From contig NC_042997.1 in assembly GCF_006345805.1 (NCBI RefSeq), forward strand, positions 145,886,001-145,950,000: 64,000 nucleotides of DNA, read 5' to 3'. Of the stretch, positions 40,700-54,104 are shown piece by piece (position 1 is the stretch's first letter; each line of letters begins with the position of its first letter). The DNA is from Octopus sinensis. Its lineage: Eukaryota. Position numbers and translations under genes: made by a program. The notes below the pieces were generated by a model. The model searched no databases. It saw only the letters and a list, made by a program, of their open reading frames with translations, and had not been told where the DNA came from.

Positions 40700-41922
40700 C
40701 ATTTTAACGGATATATTTACCAAAATTACATAAAAATATCTTGAAATACTAAAGAGTAAATTTATTCAATAAAATCGCCATTGGCTTTAACCACGGCCTC
40801 CGGACGACTTCGGAATCTCTTGTAATTCTTCTGGACGGTCTCCTCGTTTAAGTTGGTGAATGCTGTCATAATCCTTGCCTTCCGTTCATATGTGGTGTTA
40901 CAAGGAGTTTTGTTGGTCTCTCGCTCAACTGCGCCCCACCCTTAATAATCAAGGGGGTTGCGGTCTGGGGAGTTACGTGGCCAGATGTTAGGGGTGGTGT
41001 GGTTGCAGAATCGTATTCTCCTGCTTGTGTGGCATGGTACAGAGTCCAGTTGCCAGATATAGGATCTTCCAGCACCCACCCTCTTGACCCAGGGTAGCAC
41101 TACATCCTCTAGGCACTTGTGGGACACCGTGTTGAGACTGAGGCCGTGTGAGAAGATGAATGGAGGCATAACGTTGCCATCACTAGTGATCACTACAAAC
41201 ACCGTGATGTTGACTTGATGTTTGACTTTTACCGCTCTCGGCACATGTTTTTGGGACACGTTTGGGACTCGGTACATGTTTGGGCAAGCCAACGGTTGTT
41301 GTACACGTTCACCATCTGATCCTGGCAGAAATTTTTTTCGTTTGAGCAAAACCAAAGCATGAGCTGTTGGAGGGGATGTTTGAGTTTGTTGAAAAGTTTT
41401 TCCTCTTGTCCTTGATGGCTTGGGATAAAAACTGGCCCTTTCTCATCTTGTATGAGGAATACCGAATGTCTTCATGCGCTACTTGCCTGATGAGAAACTC
41501 AGATAGATCATGTCGCAGTGATGGACCTAATTCACTTGGAGGGATCGTTGTCCATTATGGTTTGGATCTCACCAACAAATTCAGGAGTTCTTTTCTTATC
41601 AGAACGATCAGTGTGCGTTTTCTGAGCTGCCGTACCTTCGTAATCACCATTAGACTCTTTCGACTCTTTCCGGATCCTCAGCACTGTCCTGAGATTGACA
41701 CCCAAACATTCTGAAATGTTCAAATTGGAGCTTACGGCGCGAATAACAAGCAGTACAGCATGTTGTTTCCGAATTTCTGGCAGAGTAAATTGCGTCATGG
41801 TGCTGCTTTTTCTTACAGATGTTGCCTAGCTGAAACTACTATATTGTGCAATCGACAAAATCAATAACAAAGTGTATGCGCGAAATTAATAATATAAAAT
41901 AACGACAATTTACCCATCGTAC
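40700..41922 (-). mobile_element. Decayed Tc1/mariner-superfamily element (maT/DD37D-like)
   Basis: Seen: ORFs 41532-41798 (HTH-like N-terminus) and 40942-41355 (YIWQLDSVPCH, WPRNSPDRNPLDY). Subfamily assignment is inference from the WPxNSPDxNPLDY motif. Confidence 0.85.
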
Positions 41923-41929
41923 TTTGTAT

Positions 41930-41941
41930 ATAATAATAATG

Positions 41942-41996
<55 letters not shown>

Positions 41997-41998
41997 TA

Positions 41999-42033
<35 letters not shown>

Positions 42034-42062
42034 TAATAATAATAATAATAATAATGATAATA

Positions 42063-42099
<37 letters not shown>

Positions 42100-42135
42100 T
42101 AATAAAAAATAATAATAATAATGATAATAATAAAT
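41930..42135. repeat. (AAT)n microsatellite
   Basis: Seen directly. Confidence 0.98.
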
Positions 42136-42214
42136 GACAACAAAAGAATGAGACCTTGATATTAGGAAAATAGAGGATATTTATATATATATAATTTAGG
42201 AAAACCAGTAAGTT

Positions 42215-42278
42215 GTCATAATAGTACTCAGAATTTCAAATGCCGGAGCTTCGATGTATTCTCATCGGCTATTATGAC
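42215..42278 (-). ncRNA. Type I hammerhead-like motif, CCGAUGA core variant (inverted partner of 42550-42620)
   Basis: Seen on the minus strand: GTCATAATAG-CCGATGA-GAATAC..GCATTT-GAAA-TTCTGAG-TA-CTATTATGAC. Confidence 0.55.
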
Positions 42279-42549
42279 AATAGACGCAATGAAAAACTGT
42301 TGAATAAAATGGAATTTACTCTGATAGGTAGGAAAAAATATAAAAGATAAAAAATACACGCAACCATATTCTCACAATACATAGACATAAGATCTACTGC
42401 GTCTATATGTATGTAGACGTTATGAACGCACAAGTTTTTATATCTATGTATTGTGAGAATATAGTTGCGTGTATTTTTATCCTTTATATTTTTTCCTACC
42501 TATTAGAGTAACTTCCTTTTTATTCAACGGTATTTTTATAGCGCCTGTT

Positions 42550-42620
42550 GTCATAATAGCCGATGAGAATGCATCGTAGATCCTAACTGCGGCATTTGAA
42601 ACTCTAAGTACTATTATGAC
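42550..42620 (+). ncRNA. Type I hammerhead-like motif, CCGAUGA core variant
   Basis: Seen: GTCATAATAG-CCGATGA-GAATGC..GCATTT-GAAA-CT(CTA)AG-TA-CTATTATGAC; perfect 10-bp stem I. Confidence 0.6.
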
Positions 42621-42638
42621 AACTTACTGATTGTCCTA

Positions 42639-42687
<49 letters not shown>

Positions 42688-42928
42688 TATTAATAGCAGA
42701 GAATATAAAATTCTAACGCAACAGAGGGGAAAACAAACTCAATTTAGTAATACTAAATCAAATTTCACGATATATTAAATATATATAGAATTAAGAGACA
42801 GAAGCTCCATAAAGTAATTCAATTAATAATGAAAGATATTATCTATAATAAAATATAAATTTAAATATATTATTATTAATATTATACTAAACATTTCTAT
42901 ATTAAATAATACACATTAAAAAATACAC

Positions 42929-43031
42929 ATTAAAACGACGTCGCGCGTTTCGAGACAATATCAAAATCGATAATCTCAAAAATCAATATTTCTTCGATCC
43001 AAAGATACATTGCCACTCTTCAGGTCTCAAT
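42929..43031 (-). ncRNA. Type I hammerhead ribozyme motif with an intact core
   Basis: Seen: ATTGAGAC-CTGAAGA-GTGGCAAT..ATTGTCTC-GAAA-CG(CGCGA)CG-TC-GTTTTAAT; stems I, II and III pair, GUC cleavage triplet. Confidence 0.7.
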
Positions 43032-43253
43032 AACATAAAATAAATTTACAACATAAATGAAGTCGTTATAATTAAACTGTTCTACGAAAGCCAACCGGCC
43101 AAAACTTCGAAATTATTGTTACGCCTCTTCTTGTGGCAGTTTGATACACATATACGCGTATGTGTGTGTATGTGCGTGTTGTGAATATATATATATATAT
43201 AATATGTATATATTATATAAATATATATATAAATAAACAATATATATATATGT

Positions 43254-43321
<68 letters not shown>

Positions 43322-44609
43322 GAACGTTGAAATCCGGAGGAGAGCAGCTATAAATAATGACTTTAAGAAATGATCTGAAAAAGATTATTTCATATTTAAA
43401 TTTGAAATTTATAAATTCTTATGACTTCAGCATGCATAGTACATACATATGTGCACGCATGCATGCATGCATGCATACATACTTATGTGCGTAAGTGTGT
43501 TTGCGTGTCTGTAAAGGAACGCATTATTTTCTCCTGTGTATTTGCTTAGGACTGGAATTGCAAGCGCGAAGAAATAGTATTCAAGACATAAAGTGGAATA
43601 TCGGGAAAGTGAAACTTTAAGTAACAATAGTCCGTTGTTTAATTTAAAACTAAGTAACGCGGACACATACACGTGCGCGCACGCGCACCGCGCACACACG
43701 CACAAACAAGCCCAATCACACACATACACTCATAAACACACACACATGCATACATACAACGACACATAAATACGTAGATACATAATACATACATATAATG
43801 TCCGAGTGACATTGTATTTAGGATTATAAACGATAAGAAAGAAATATTCCTTAAATAAATTAGAGTATTGAAAACGTGAAACGCTTGGTAACAACAAGAA
43901 TATATATATATATATGTGTGTGTGTGTGGTGCGTGTATGTGTGTGTGTATTACATACATATATGCATAACAAATGCATGCATGCATATATGTATGTGTGT
44001 GTGTGTATATGTATGTATATATATGTGCTCATATATGTGTGTGAACAATCATCATTCGCACATGTGTATACGGTCACGCATACACTGACTATATAGAGAT
44101 GTATACATAACTGTCATTTATTAAAAGTCAAGCTTAAGGAGAGACAAACGTACATATCAACAAAATCATGTATGCATACATACACACATATGTAGTATGT
44201 ATGTATGTAGATAATTATTAAAAAATATATGTGTTTACGGGCGCGCGTGTATGAAACTTTATTTGCACATTGCCCAAGGGTAAGCATGAAATACAAACTA
44301 GCATTATGTGAGACAGACGGAGAAGCACCATAGGCTTGCATACAATACAACAATGCAATAATACATATGTAAACTCATGCGCACAGGCATATGAGTGCGC
44401 GCACATGAATGTTTATGAGCATGGCGGACCGCACGCGCGCGTGAGTGAGCATGACTTGTTATGTGACTGTGTATTCACGTAATGCCATAAGTTTTGCTTA
44501 AAGAATAAAAATACACATAAGATACCTGCCAAGTAATTAGCACGAAATATGATTATATATCCATCTTGATTTGAAAATGCTCGAATACCTATATTTCATA
44601 TATATATAA

Positions 44610-44640
<31 letters not shown>

Positions 44641-44743
44641 ATATATATATATATATATAAATATATATGAATATATACGCATATATGTGCTTGTATATAT
44701 TATATACATAATATATATATATATAACGTCTCTTTCTCTCTCG

Positions 44744-44774
<31 letters not shown>

Positions 44775-45541
44775 GTATATGAGTGGAGAGAGAGAGGGAG
44801 AGAGAGAGAGAGAGAGGAAGAGAGAGAGAGAGAGAGAGAGAAGAGAGGGAGAGAGAGAGAGAGAGGGAGAGAGAGAGAGAGAGAGAGAACATACAGGCAG
44901 ACACATTTGCATAAATGGACTGATATGTAAAACACGCATGCATTAATGGTAATCTAGAGATCTCAGCTTAACACAATTACTTTGTAATCATAAACGGGTT
45001 AGAAATAGAGATATTAGCGTTACAGCAAGTTCTTTGACATTGGATCAAACAAACAAAAAAAAAAAGATAAAAATTAAGACGAACAGCAAACGACACAGCA
45101 AGATAGCTGGGTAGAAAAACATTGAATTAGTATGATAAACATAAAACTCTTCAATTTCAAAGGAATATAATTTCTTCTCGAAAAACTTCTACGTAAATGT
45201 TGACGGGTGTAAAAGGCGAAGAGAAAGCGAGAGAGAGAGGGAGAGGGAGGAGGAGAAAGACAGAGGAAGGGGGAGAGAGAGAAAGAGAGAGAGGGAAAGA
45301 GATGTGTGATGTAACAGTGACGAGGAAAAGGGGGTGAGATGTGGAGTGCGGTGATGTATTATTATTATTAGACACAGCTACAAAGATAACAATGCAAAAT
45401 TTTATTTTTTCTATTGCTTGAACTGATGCGATGCTAAGCGAATGGTGAGAAAGACAACATTGTATGCACTTCAGTGCAGCTGTGTTATCAATTGGCTCAT
45501 TGCACCACACAAACACGCGCGCGTACTTACACATATATAGT

Positions 45542-45585
<44 letters not shown>

Positions 45586-45779
45586 ATATATATGATATAT
45601 ATATATATATATTATATATATATATATATAATATATATATATATAATATTTTATGTATATATAATATATTTATATATACATATATATCAATATACACATA
45701 CAAAGACAGACATACATATGCTCAGCATATGGTAGTCTTGTAAATATATTTTTATACCACACATATATACACATGAGTA

Positions 45780-45826
<47 letters not shown>

Positions 45827-45948
45827 TTATGTGTATGTATACATATATATAAATATCTGTGCATATATGCAAAACATATATACGTGTATAAGTATATATA
45901 CACACACACACACACACACCACACACACACACACACACACAGAAACAT

Positions 45949-45993
<45 letters not shown>

Positions 45994-46308
45994 ATATATC
46001 CATGTATACCCATAAATACGTACTGTATTCAAATTTACTAAATTGTGTTCCCTGACGGCATTTTACCTTAACAAAGAGTTAAACATGTCCAAAACTAATT
46101 TTCATTCATTTTATATCACGATTCACAAGAAACGGTGGCTAGTCAATGTACTCGGAAAGTTGCGTCTTGTTTTGGCTACTATGTAAACAACCTCACGTGC
46201 TGACGTGGAATCAATTTGCTTTGCTGACAAATTCATTTTCTGCGTATAATATTCTATTCAACTGAACACAATGCGTTCTCGAATATAATGCGATTTCACA
46301 ACTCTTAC

Positions 46309-46396
46309 CTAAAATCTTCACTACATTGCTTAGGTTTTGGTTGGGGGCCAACTCGATCAAAATTACTTTTGAATTGCCGCACGTATCATTAAAATA
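46309..46396 (-). CDS. Internal coding exon (88 nt, phase 0/1): YFNDTCGNSKVILIELAPNQNLSNVVKIL(A)
   Basis: Seen: acceptor ttcttaacatataatacag, donor gtaagag; only the phase-0 frame is open; fits both neighbours. Confidence 0.72.
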
Positions 46397-46680
46397 CTGT
46401 ATTATATGTTAAGAAAATATAGTAATTTTAAGCAGTTGGTCGATGTAATTTTTTTATCAAATTCTGGTCCATATGTATAATCTTGAAAAATACCACCCAT
46501 CCAAATATTGAGTGGAAAGGTGAGCAGGAAGTGTGACAACCTATATGGAAAAATATTCGTATACATATAATTTGTGATTAAAATTTCATTACACGACAAA
46601 CGTTATACATTCATCTGTTCAATTGTAACACGCTATTGAAATACACGTGACAATTTCATCTATTTTCATTATAGTTTTAT

Positions 46681-46920
46681 GTTTGTACCCAAAGGAAGAC
46701 ATCTCTTCCAGTTAGCTAATGAAACACGTTCTGTGTCCGATTAGTATTTGCGAGGGGAGGTCATCGCTCCCATCTCTAGCCTTACGTCATACACACGGAC
46801 TTGAGTGTGTATGATGTAAGGCTAGAAATGAGACCGATGACCTCCCTTCATAAATACTAATCGGACACAGAGCGTGTGTCGTTAGGCAGCTGGAAGAGAT
46901 GTCTTCCTGGGGCTACAAAC
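46681..46920. repeat. About 240-bp imperfect palindrome with a very short loop (MITE-like)
   Basis: Seen: aggaagacatctcttccag...gtcatacacac | gtgtgtatgatg...ctggaagagatgtcttcct. Confidence 0.9.
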
Positions 46921-47743
46921 GTCAGTAGCACTGTCCCATTTGGGACGCCACACTTGGTTGGCAATTATAGGTTACAATTCCGTATTGCTACTGTTTATAT
47001 CTCGCTCAGAGATTTAATATAGCTCTTTTACTATTTCCTGTAGCCCCTTCACACTTTCTTCGTTCCTTACACTTTTTCTCGCTCGCACCCTCTTTCACAT
47101 TGCTTAGCCTTTCCTTCATTCTCATTACTTTTCCTCCTCCTTTACCTCACTCTATCCTTTTCCTTTTCTCTCTCTTTCGTCCCTCCCTAATTCTTTAATC
47201 TCTCTACCCCTACCTGTCTCCTCTCCTACGTGACCGGTGATCCGCCAATCATGACTTTTCTTTCTTGGTTCGATTACCATCCGTGTAGCATCTCTTATAT
47301 TCCTTCCCATGACTTACACCTTGTATGTTCCTGCCGTAAGGCTTCCCTTCCACACACGCCAGCTTAATTTAATTCGTCCTTAGTCGAAAGACACCTGTTG
47401 TTAATGCCCGGTTATTTGTATTTGTAACTGTGTACCATTTCGCCGTTTTCTTTTTTATCGTCCTTGATTTCATATACATTCGCTTGCTTTCATCCAAAGA
47501 ATCTAGTGCTCTTAGCTTAGATTTTCTTGGGACCGGACAGATTAGAGCAGTCTCGAGAGTAACGGGTCGAAACTGTAAAGACGATCTGGTACTCGACCGA
47601 AGAGCTAAAGCTCCGAATGACCCGATCTTGTTTTTTCTTGTCCTTTTTTGTATTGTCTAAATGCCCGAATGTTTTGTTGTCGTCCGTTACGCTATTGTTC
47701 CATTTTTTGTTTTGTTATCTATCTATCTATCTATCTATCTATA

Positions 47744-47827
<84 letters not shown>

Positions 47828-47832
47828 ATCTA

Positions 47833-47893
<61 letters not shown>

Positions 47894-48071
47894 GTACACA
47901 TACGCGCATGTATTAATGTTTGTTTTAATGACGTTACATACACACATACACACATAAACAATTTGACAATAAACTGAAAGATTTTCAATATATGTCAGTA
48001 GAGTAGGTATTTTACTTTTACAAGGAAAAGCGTTACATAGATATCCAGGTTTCAGCTTGATCACTGTATCC

Positions 48072-48107
<36 letters not shown>

Positions 48108-48149
48108 ATATATATATATATATTATATTATATATATATTATATATATT

Positions 48150-50600
48150 AGGGTTATGACTTTTTCACAACTCAATAATCTTATAATGTAATTCGATGAA
48201 TAATGTTATACGAGTCAGGAAAATAACATTTATTTTGCTTTATGATGCCTGCTCAAATATTTTTTACCAAGCTTGGTGTGCTGACTCAATGCAATACAGA
48301 AATAATATATCTGAAATTTCAGCATTTTAGTTGAAATAGTTACGATCACTAGGTGGCTTTAGATTCACACTTCAGTATTTCTGCTGCCTAAATCTTTGTA
48401 AAAGCAAGAGAGATATGGAATAAAAGTGTATTTATGCATTTTAAAGATTACTGAATTGAAATTGCTCTATGTAAAGGTTCAAGTAGGCTATTTTAAGACA
48501 GAGGACACCACAAGCATTAGATAACATACACAATTTAAAAACAATACATTAACTGTATAAGAAAAAAGGCTGCTGAACGTTTGCAAATTTTTAAACATAA
48601 CAAAGAATGAATACGTTTTGTTAGATAAAATAAATCGAAGCTGAAGTTTCTACTTTTTACAAACATCATAAAGATCTTGAAGTCACTTGGTTTGGTCTGG
48701 GAATTTTCAGTTTTAATGGTTCTCGACTTTAAAGGTTTTTTTACAGAGGTCAATGCTTTTTTATGAACTTGCAGGCTTCCACATAACTTCTGATAATCAT
48801 GTGCATTGGACATTTGGTCAGTAAACCAAAAAATCTGCCCAGCTGTAAGAGATGAATCGATAAACGTTGAGAAGCAAAACTCTGTTCTCAGGTAGAAGAA
48901 TAAATGCCAAAAGAGCTAGTATTGCTCGAGAATTCCATCTTGCATTACTTAAGTTGGGTATTTTTTGAAACTTTACAGTGGAAAATTTGCCGGTTTCTTC
49001 AAAGAAACCAAAAACTCTGGTCGAATGAAATAGAAAATTCATGTCATTTCACCAGCCTGCTGATTCAGTAAGCTTTCCTTCACCATTGTTAAAATTAGCC
49101 TGGAGTTTCTCGTAATTACTTAGAAGCTCTGGGATGAATGTATATTCAATATTGGGAGATGACTTTTTTTCTCCAAGTTCGTTATCCATTACAACACGAA
49201 GGACTCTGTCATGGATATGATACTGACAACCAATAAATTGCGGTGCTTTCAAATCCTTTTGAGCAAAGAGTCATTGCAACTGAATGACAATACTATTTCT
49301 TTTCCCAGCATTCGCACTTGTTGTACCAGCGACAATGATCTTTATACAGTTCTATAAATTGTATTCATCTAAAACAGATGTTATTCCTTTCACAACAGCA
49401 TCGGTTTTTCCGTTTGGTAATTGGAGTGCTTCTAACTTAACTTCTCCCTGTTCATTTTTTAAAACTAGTACTTGGTATTCTTGGTCATCAATACGTTTAC
49501 CATCAAAATGCACTGACCAGTTTTCTAAATGTAGTGTCTTCTTCATTTTCCTTTTTAGTTTAACAACTTCTTTGATAGTCGATCTGTAAATACCAGATTG
49601 GAAAGGAGTCTCGACATTGATTCCATTTTGAGGTAATTGTCGACAAACTGTTCCTTCTTTTGAGGTTGAAAGCTCTGAAGGTATTATTAACTTGGTTGCA
49701 GTTCCAGTTTTGCTATACTTCTACCTTGTTTGTGTGGATACTTCATCTGATTTTTCGGACTCTTGATATTCACTTTCAGTCTCTGCTTCAGACGTTGACG
49801 ATGACACTGGAGTTGCTCTGGTTGAAGTTGGCATTAAGGACACTTTTCTTCTTTTGGATGGATAGTTTTGCAACTGGCTACCTTCCCAGTTGCATACCCA
49901 ACCTGTCCTTTGCTTTCCCTTGCTTTCAATATAATACAACCTTCTATCCTCATTGCACAGTCATTCACCGTTTTCCTTTGTGGTGTCAAAAATGTTTTTC
50001 TATGAATCGCATTTTCCTCGTTTTACACATTTATCGTAGGTATTCAGTACTTTTTCTACTTTTGCTTGTACATTTTGAATTGATAAATATGGGGCATTTA
50101 ATTTCTTTTGTCATATAAAAACTATTTTTTTCGAAATTTCTTTTGTTCTTTCTTTCCTTCCTTTGAAAGTACCTCTAAAGAACAGGTAGCGACGGGCAAT
50201 TTGAAGTTTCATTGGTATCCTGGAGTTGTTTTCCAAAGAATGTTCTTCTAGAAGAACAGGTCTTCTTTTCCTGTGTGAGTCTTGAAATTGCACGAGATTC
50301 TTCGTCCAGATGTTTTTGTTTCTTTGAGTAACACAAGCACTTCTCTTATGACATATTATTTTAGATACTCTAGTTTGATAAGCCTACTATTCTGAAAAAC
50401 AGTTAATATAGTCAGAGTTTTTAGCATCACAGAAATAGAAAAGGAGAGGAAGAGGATATTTCCTATAGTAGGACTTAAGTTGTAACAAATTAAAAACTCC
50501 TTAAACTTGAAAGCTGAAATTTGAGATATACTGCACACCAAATTTGGTAATAACTTGAGAAGGCACTAGGAACCCCCTAGAATTTTGCATGATTCGTGGG
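48150..50600 (-). mobile_element. Decayed hAT-superfamily (hATm-like) transposase; ends not resolved
   Basis: Seen: collinear broken ORFs with SVHFDGK, GTTSANAG, IGCQYHIHDRVLR and LSNARWNSRAILALLAF. These parallel the hATm motifs HWDGK, DTTASNTG, CRHH and ARW (family knowledge). Confidence 0.72.
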
Positions 50601-50748
50601 GAGGGAAGTGGTGTCAGATTTCGTCAGCTAGGAGAGTCGTTTTTTTTTAAAAACAACTTAACATAAAGGTTATTTTCCCTTCTTTTACGAAAATGTATAT
50701 ATATATACATACATATATATACATATATATACATATATATATATATTT

Positions 50749-50779
<31 letters not shown>

Positions 50780-51567
50780 AGCACATACACATACATACAG
50801 ACACACAGAGGCACACGCGTACACACAAACACACACACACACACACACACCACACACACACACAGCTCCTGAATTTCTTTGTTTCACCAATTTTCTCAAA
50901 CCTTTTGGATTAAGAAAAAGCAGGATCAACTCCTATCTGCTTAGTTTTATTTTCCCAGAATTTCCATCGGCTCATATTCTACCGCTATATACTTATGTTT
51001 GTCAATTCTAAATACCACAAACTACAATGCTTTTCTACTAATTCCATGCATAATCTCATTCAAACTTACTACTTACATAGGCCTCAAGACTTATTTAGAA
51101 TTAGGGAAATAGGCATAATATGATTAACGGATGGCTTTCTTTCTTTAATTTCACTTCTGTCATCTCTATCCTGAACAAGCATTGACTACTCCACTCCTCC
51201 CAATAAAATGTCTGTACTCTTTCTGTCACGTTTTTTTTTTAAATACAAGTTTTGTTAAAGCAGGCCACAAGCAGTTTTGTTGGCTTCTATTTTTCTATAT
51301 ATGAACAAATTGAGGGCATACAGTTAAAAACAAATAATTCCAAGACATTATTAAATAGAAAGCGCCAATATGAATCATGATTTAAAGAAGCGACCCTTTA
51401 GAGTAATATGTGGTAAATTTGACCAAGTGGAAGAAGGAAAGTTTGATTAGGATCTTCTGAAACATTGTCAACCTTTGTTACTCTAAGTCTCGAAAACCCC
51501 GGCTGTCAGATCGGATAGGTAGATTATCTATTATTAGACTTCGGTGGTTATTATACCACACAGAGGC

Positions 51568-51885
51568 TCGTGACTATGAGGTTAGGTTATTCAGCTTATG
51601 ATCGTAAAGTCGTGATCTCAGGACACGGCGGCACGCTGTGTCCTTGAGCAAGACACTTCATTTCACGTTGCCTCAGTCCACTCTGCTGGCTAAAATGAGT
51701 AGCACGCTGTATTTAAAAGTGCCAGCCTTGTCACACTCTGTGTCACGCTGATTACCGGTAAGAACTACGTTAATGATACGCGTGTCTGTGGAGTGCTCAG
51801 CCACTTGCACGTTAATTTCACGAGCAGGCTGTTCCTTTGATCGAATCCACTTGTACCCTAGTCGTCGTAAGCGACGGAGTGCTAG
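51568..51885 (+). mobile_element. Diverged family C SINE
   Basis: Seen: shares gccttgtcacactctgtgtcacgctg...gtctgtggagtgctcagccacttgcacgttaatttcacgagcaggctg with the 8538 copy. Confidence 0.75.
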
Positions 51886-51959
51886 TTAAACAGCATCAAC
51901 TAAACTGATGTAATTATGGCAATTCATTGATCAAGTGATTGGTCAGTTCAAAGAATACA

Positions 51960-52720
51960 TTTGTGAGTGGTGTTTAGTCTCACTGCGTGGCACCTTGAGC
52001 GAGTATGTTCTACTTTAGTCCCGGGTCGACCAACACCTTATGAATAAATTTGGTAGACAGAAATTGTGTGGAAACCCGTCGTAAATGCATATATACATGT
52101 TAATGGCTTAGCTGGCTGAAACATTTTTGCGCTAAAGAAATATAAATTAGTATTCTATAAAAGAATGGAGTAGCCATTCAGATTAATGTAAAATTCTTTT
52201 TATCATAACTGAACATAAGAATATATAGTTGAAATTTCAGAAAAACAATAGACGAAGACAGGTGTATGAACAACAAGCAAGTGTATTAGTTTGACGTTCG
52301 GGAAAATGAAGAAAGTATTTTACGTTTCGAGCCTACGCTCTTCAACAGAAAGGAAAAAGAAAAAATGAACAGAGAGAGAGAGAATGAAAGAAAACTTGTA
52401 GATTTCAGCGGTCCAGCATGGTGTATTATATTATACTGTATTATATGAAGTGGAGATGTATGCGCTAGGTGCGCGACAAAATTATGTGTGTGTGTCTGTG
52501 TATGTGTGTTTGTCTCTACCACCGCTTGACAACCGGTGTTAATTTGTTTACCTCCATGTAATCAAGCGGTTTAACAAAAAAAAAAATCTATAGAATAATT
52601 ACCAGACTTGAATAATATGTCCTGGGATCGATTTGTTTGATTAAAACTTTTCTAGGCAATGCTCCAGTATGGCCGCACTCCGATGAGCGAAACAATGAAA
52701 AAATAAAAGATACAAGAAAA
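51960..52720 (+). mobile_element. Family B SINE halves (about 51960-52090 and 52480-52720) separated by other sequence, including a Penelope-like fragment
   Basis: Seen: head and tail motifs on either side of 52230-52470. Confidence 0.55.
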
Positions 52721-53028
52721 TATTAAAAAATGGTAGTGATTGATTTGCAAATCGAAGAATATGATTTGAGTTTCCAACTTGTTAATTAGAAACAGTGTCA
52801 GATTACAAGTTGGAATATCAAGCTGTTAAATAAAGTCTCTAGAGCTTCACTTTTTTCATAGCGAAGATTAATTATTGATAACTAAATTCACAAGAAGTGA
52901 AAGTAGATAAGAGCCTCTTATTATTGTTAGTAAACCTCAAGCCAGTTCAGACCTAGCACAGCCGTAACAATTTCCCTTTTGTATAGCTAAGGTTACATTT
53001 TCCTGTTTATCTCCTTTTTTTTTTAATA

Positions 53029-53177
53029 TGATAGGGGTGCTGAAAAATTCCTAGCTTTCAGGGTATCACGAAAGGCCTGGTTGGAGGCCTAAACTTATGG
53101 AGGCCTAAAATTATAATTAACTGATCTTCTCGTATTTTCTTTTAACAAAATCCAGGATCTTTTCAACACCCACCTCG
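53029..53177. mobile_element. Short mariner-derived MITE (about 150 bp)
   Basis: Seen: imperfect TIRs gataggggtgctgaaaaattcctag / ccaggatctttttcaacacccacctcg flanked by TA. Confidence 0.6.
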
Positions 53178-53529
53178 TATGGGATCTCAAGAAATTTTGC
53201 TATGTTAGGCAATTGCATAGGAGGTGTCATAAATAATTTACTAGCTCGTGAAGACAGAAGGTAAATTCTAAACATGTTTCAAGAAAAAACATACGAAGGC
53301 AATGTTTAAAATTTAGCTTTTATTACAGTCTAATATAAAAATTGATCAATTGAAGATTAATATAAACGTAACGAATATAACTGTTTTATCTTCTGCATAT
53401 CTTTTCCATTATGGATATAGATTTAGTGTGCAATAGTGTCGATGGTTATAGGTTTCCAAGGAGGCAATCACAACGTCGTCGAAAGTGAGAGTAATAGCAG
53501 AATATCTGTACAATAAAGATGGAATAAAT

Positions 53530-53735
53530 ATCGGTTTAAATTTTGGCACAAAGCCACCATTTCGGGTGGGGGAGTGAGTAAGTTGATTACATCGACACCA
53601 GTGCTCAACTGGTACTTATTTTATCGATTCCCAAGAGGATAGAAAGGTATAGTTGAGCTCGGCTGAATTTGAATTCAGAACGCGAAAATGGACGAAATGC
53701 CACTAAATATTTTATCTGGCGTGCTAACGATTCAG
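53530..53735 (-). mobile_element. Family A SINE, diverged
   Basis: Seen: gattacatcgacaccagtgctcaactggtacttatt...gaatttgaattcagaacg. Confidence 0.75.
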
Positions 53736-53919
53736 AGATGAAATAAATATTATGACGTAATTCTGTTCACTGCACCACTTTACCGCCATTTTCTAAATAT
53801 ACATACCTTTCATCTCTGTGCACACTCACAAACACTGAGATATGTGTGCATGCCCCTCTCTGACTGTCAAAACCTGTATAAGTATGTGTGGTGTGTGTGC
53901 TTGTGTGTGTGCGTATTCT

Positions 53920-53955
<36 letters not shown>

Positions 53956-54016
53956 TGTGTGTGCGTGTGTGTGTGTGTACCTCTATAAAGATAACTTTCT
54001 GGCCAAATTAGCTCAC

Positions 54017-54104
54017 TGTGGTTGAAGTAATTTGGTCTGGTGGTAAGATATCTAATGATTGGTAATCGATCTGTTCGACCGGATAGCCGGTCATTTTGAA
54101 TCTT
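54017..54104 (-). CDS. Internal coding exon (88 nt, phase 2/0): (R)RFKMTGYPVEQIDYQSLDILPPDQITSTT
   Basis: Seen: acceptor cttttgttgctag, donor gtgagc; open frame; bridges the phases of the 186-nt exon and the exon at 46309-46396. Confidence 0.75.

Larger units (their letters stand above)
42190..42635. repeat. Fold-back element with about 200-bp imperfect arms, embedded in (TA)n
   Basis: Seen: 42190-42390 is the reverse complement of about 42435-42635. Confidence 0.9.

Noticed and set aside
51076-51088. 13-nt micro-exon with a perfect gtaagt donor
   Set aside because: Weak AAG acceptor, and the 54017-54104 exon already bridges the same phases.
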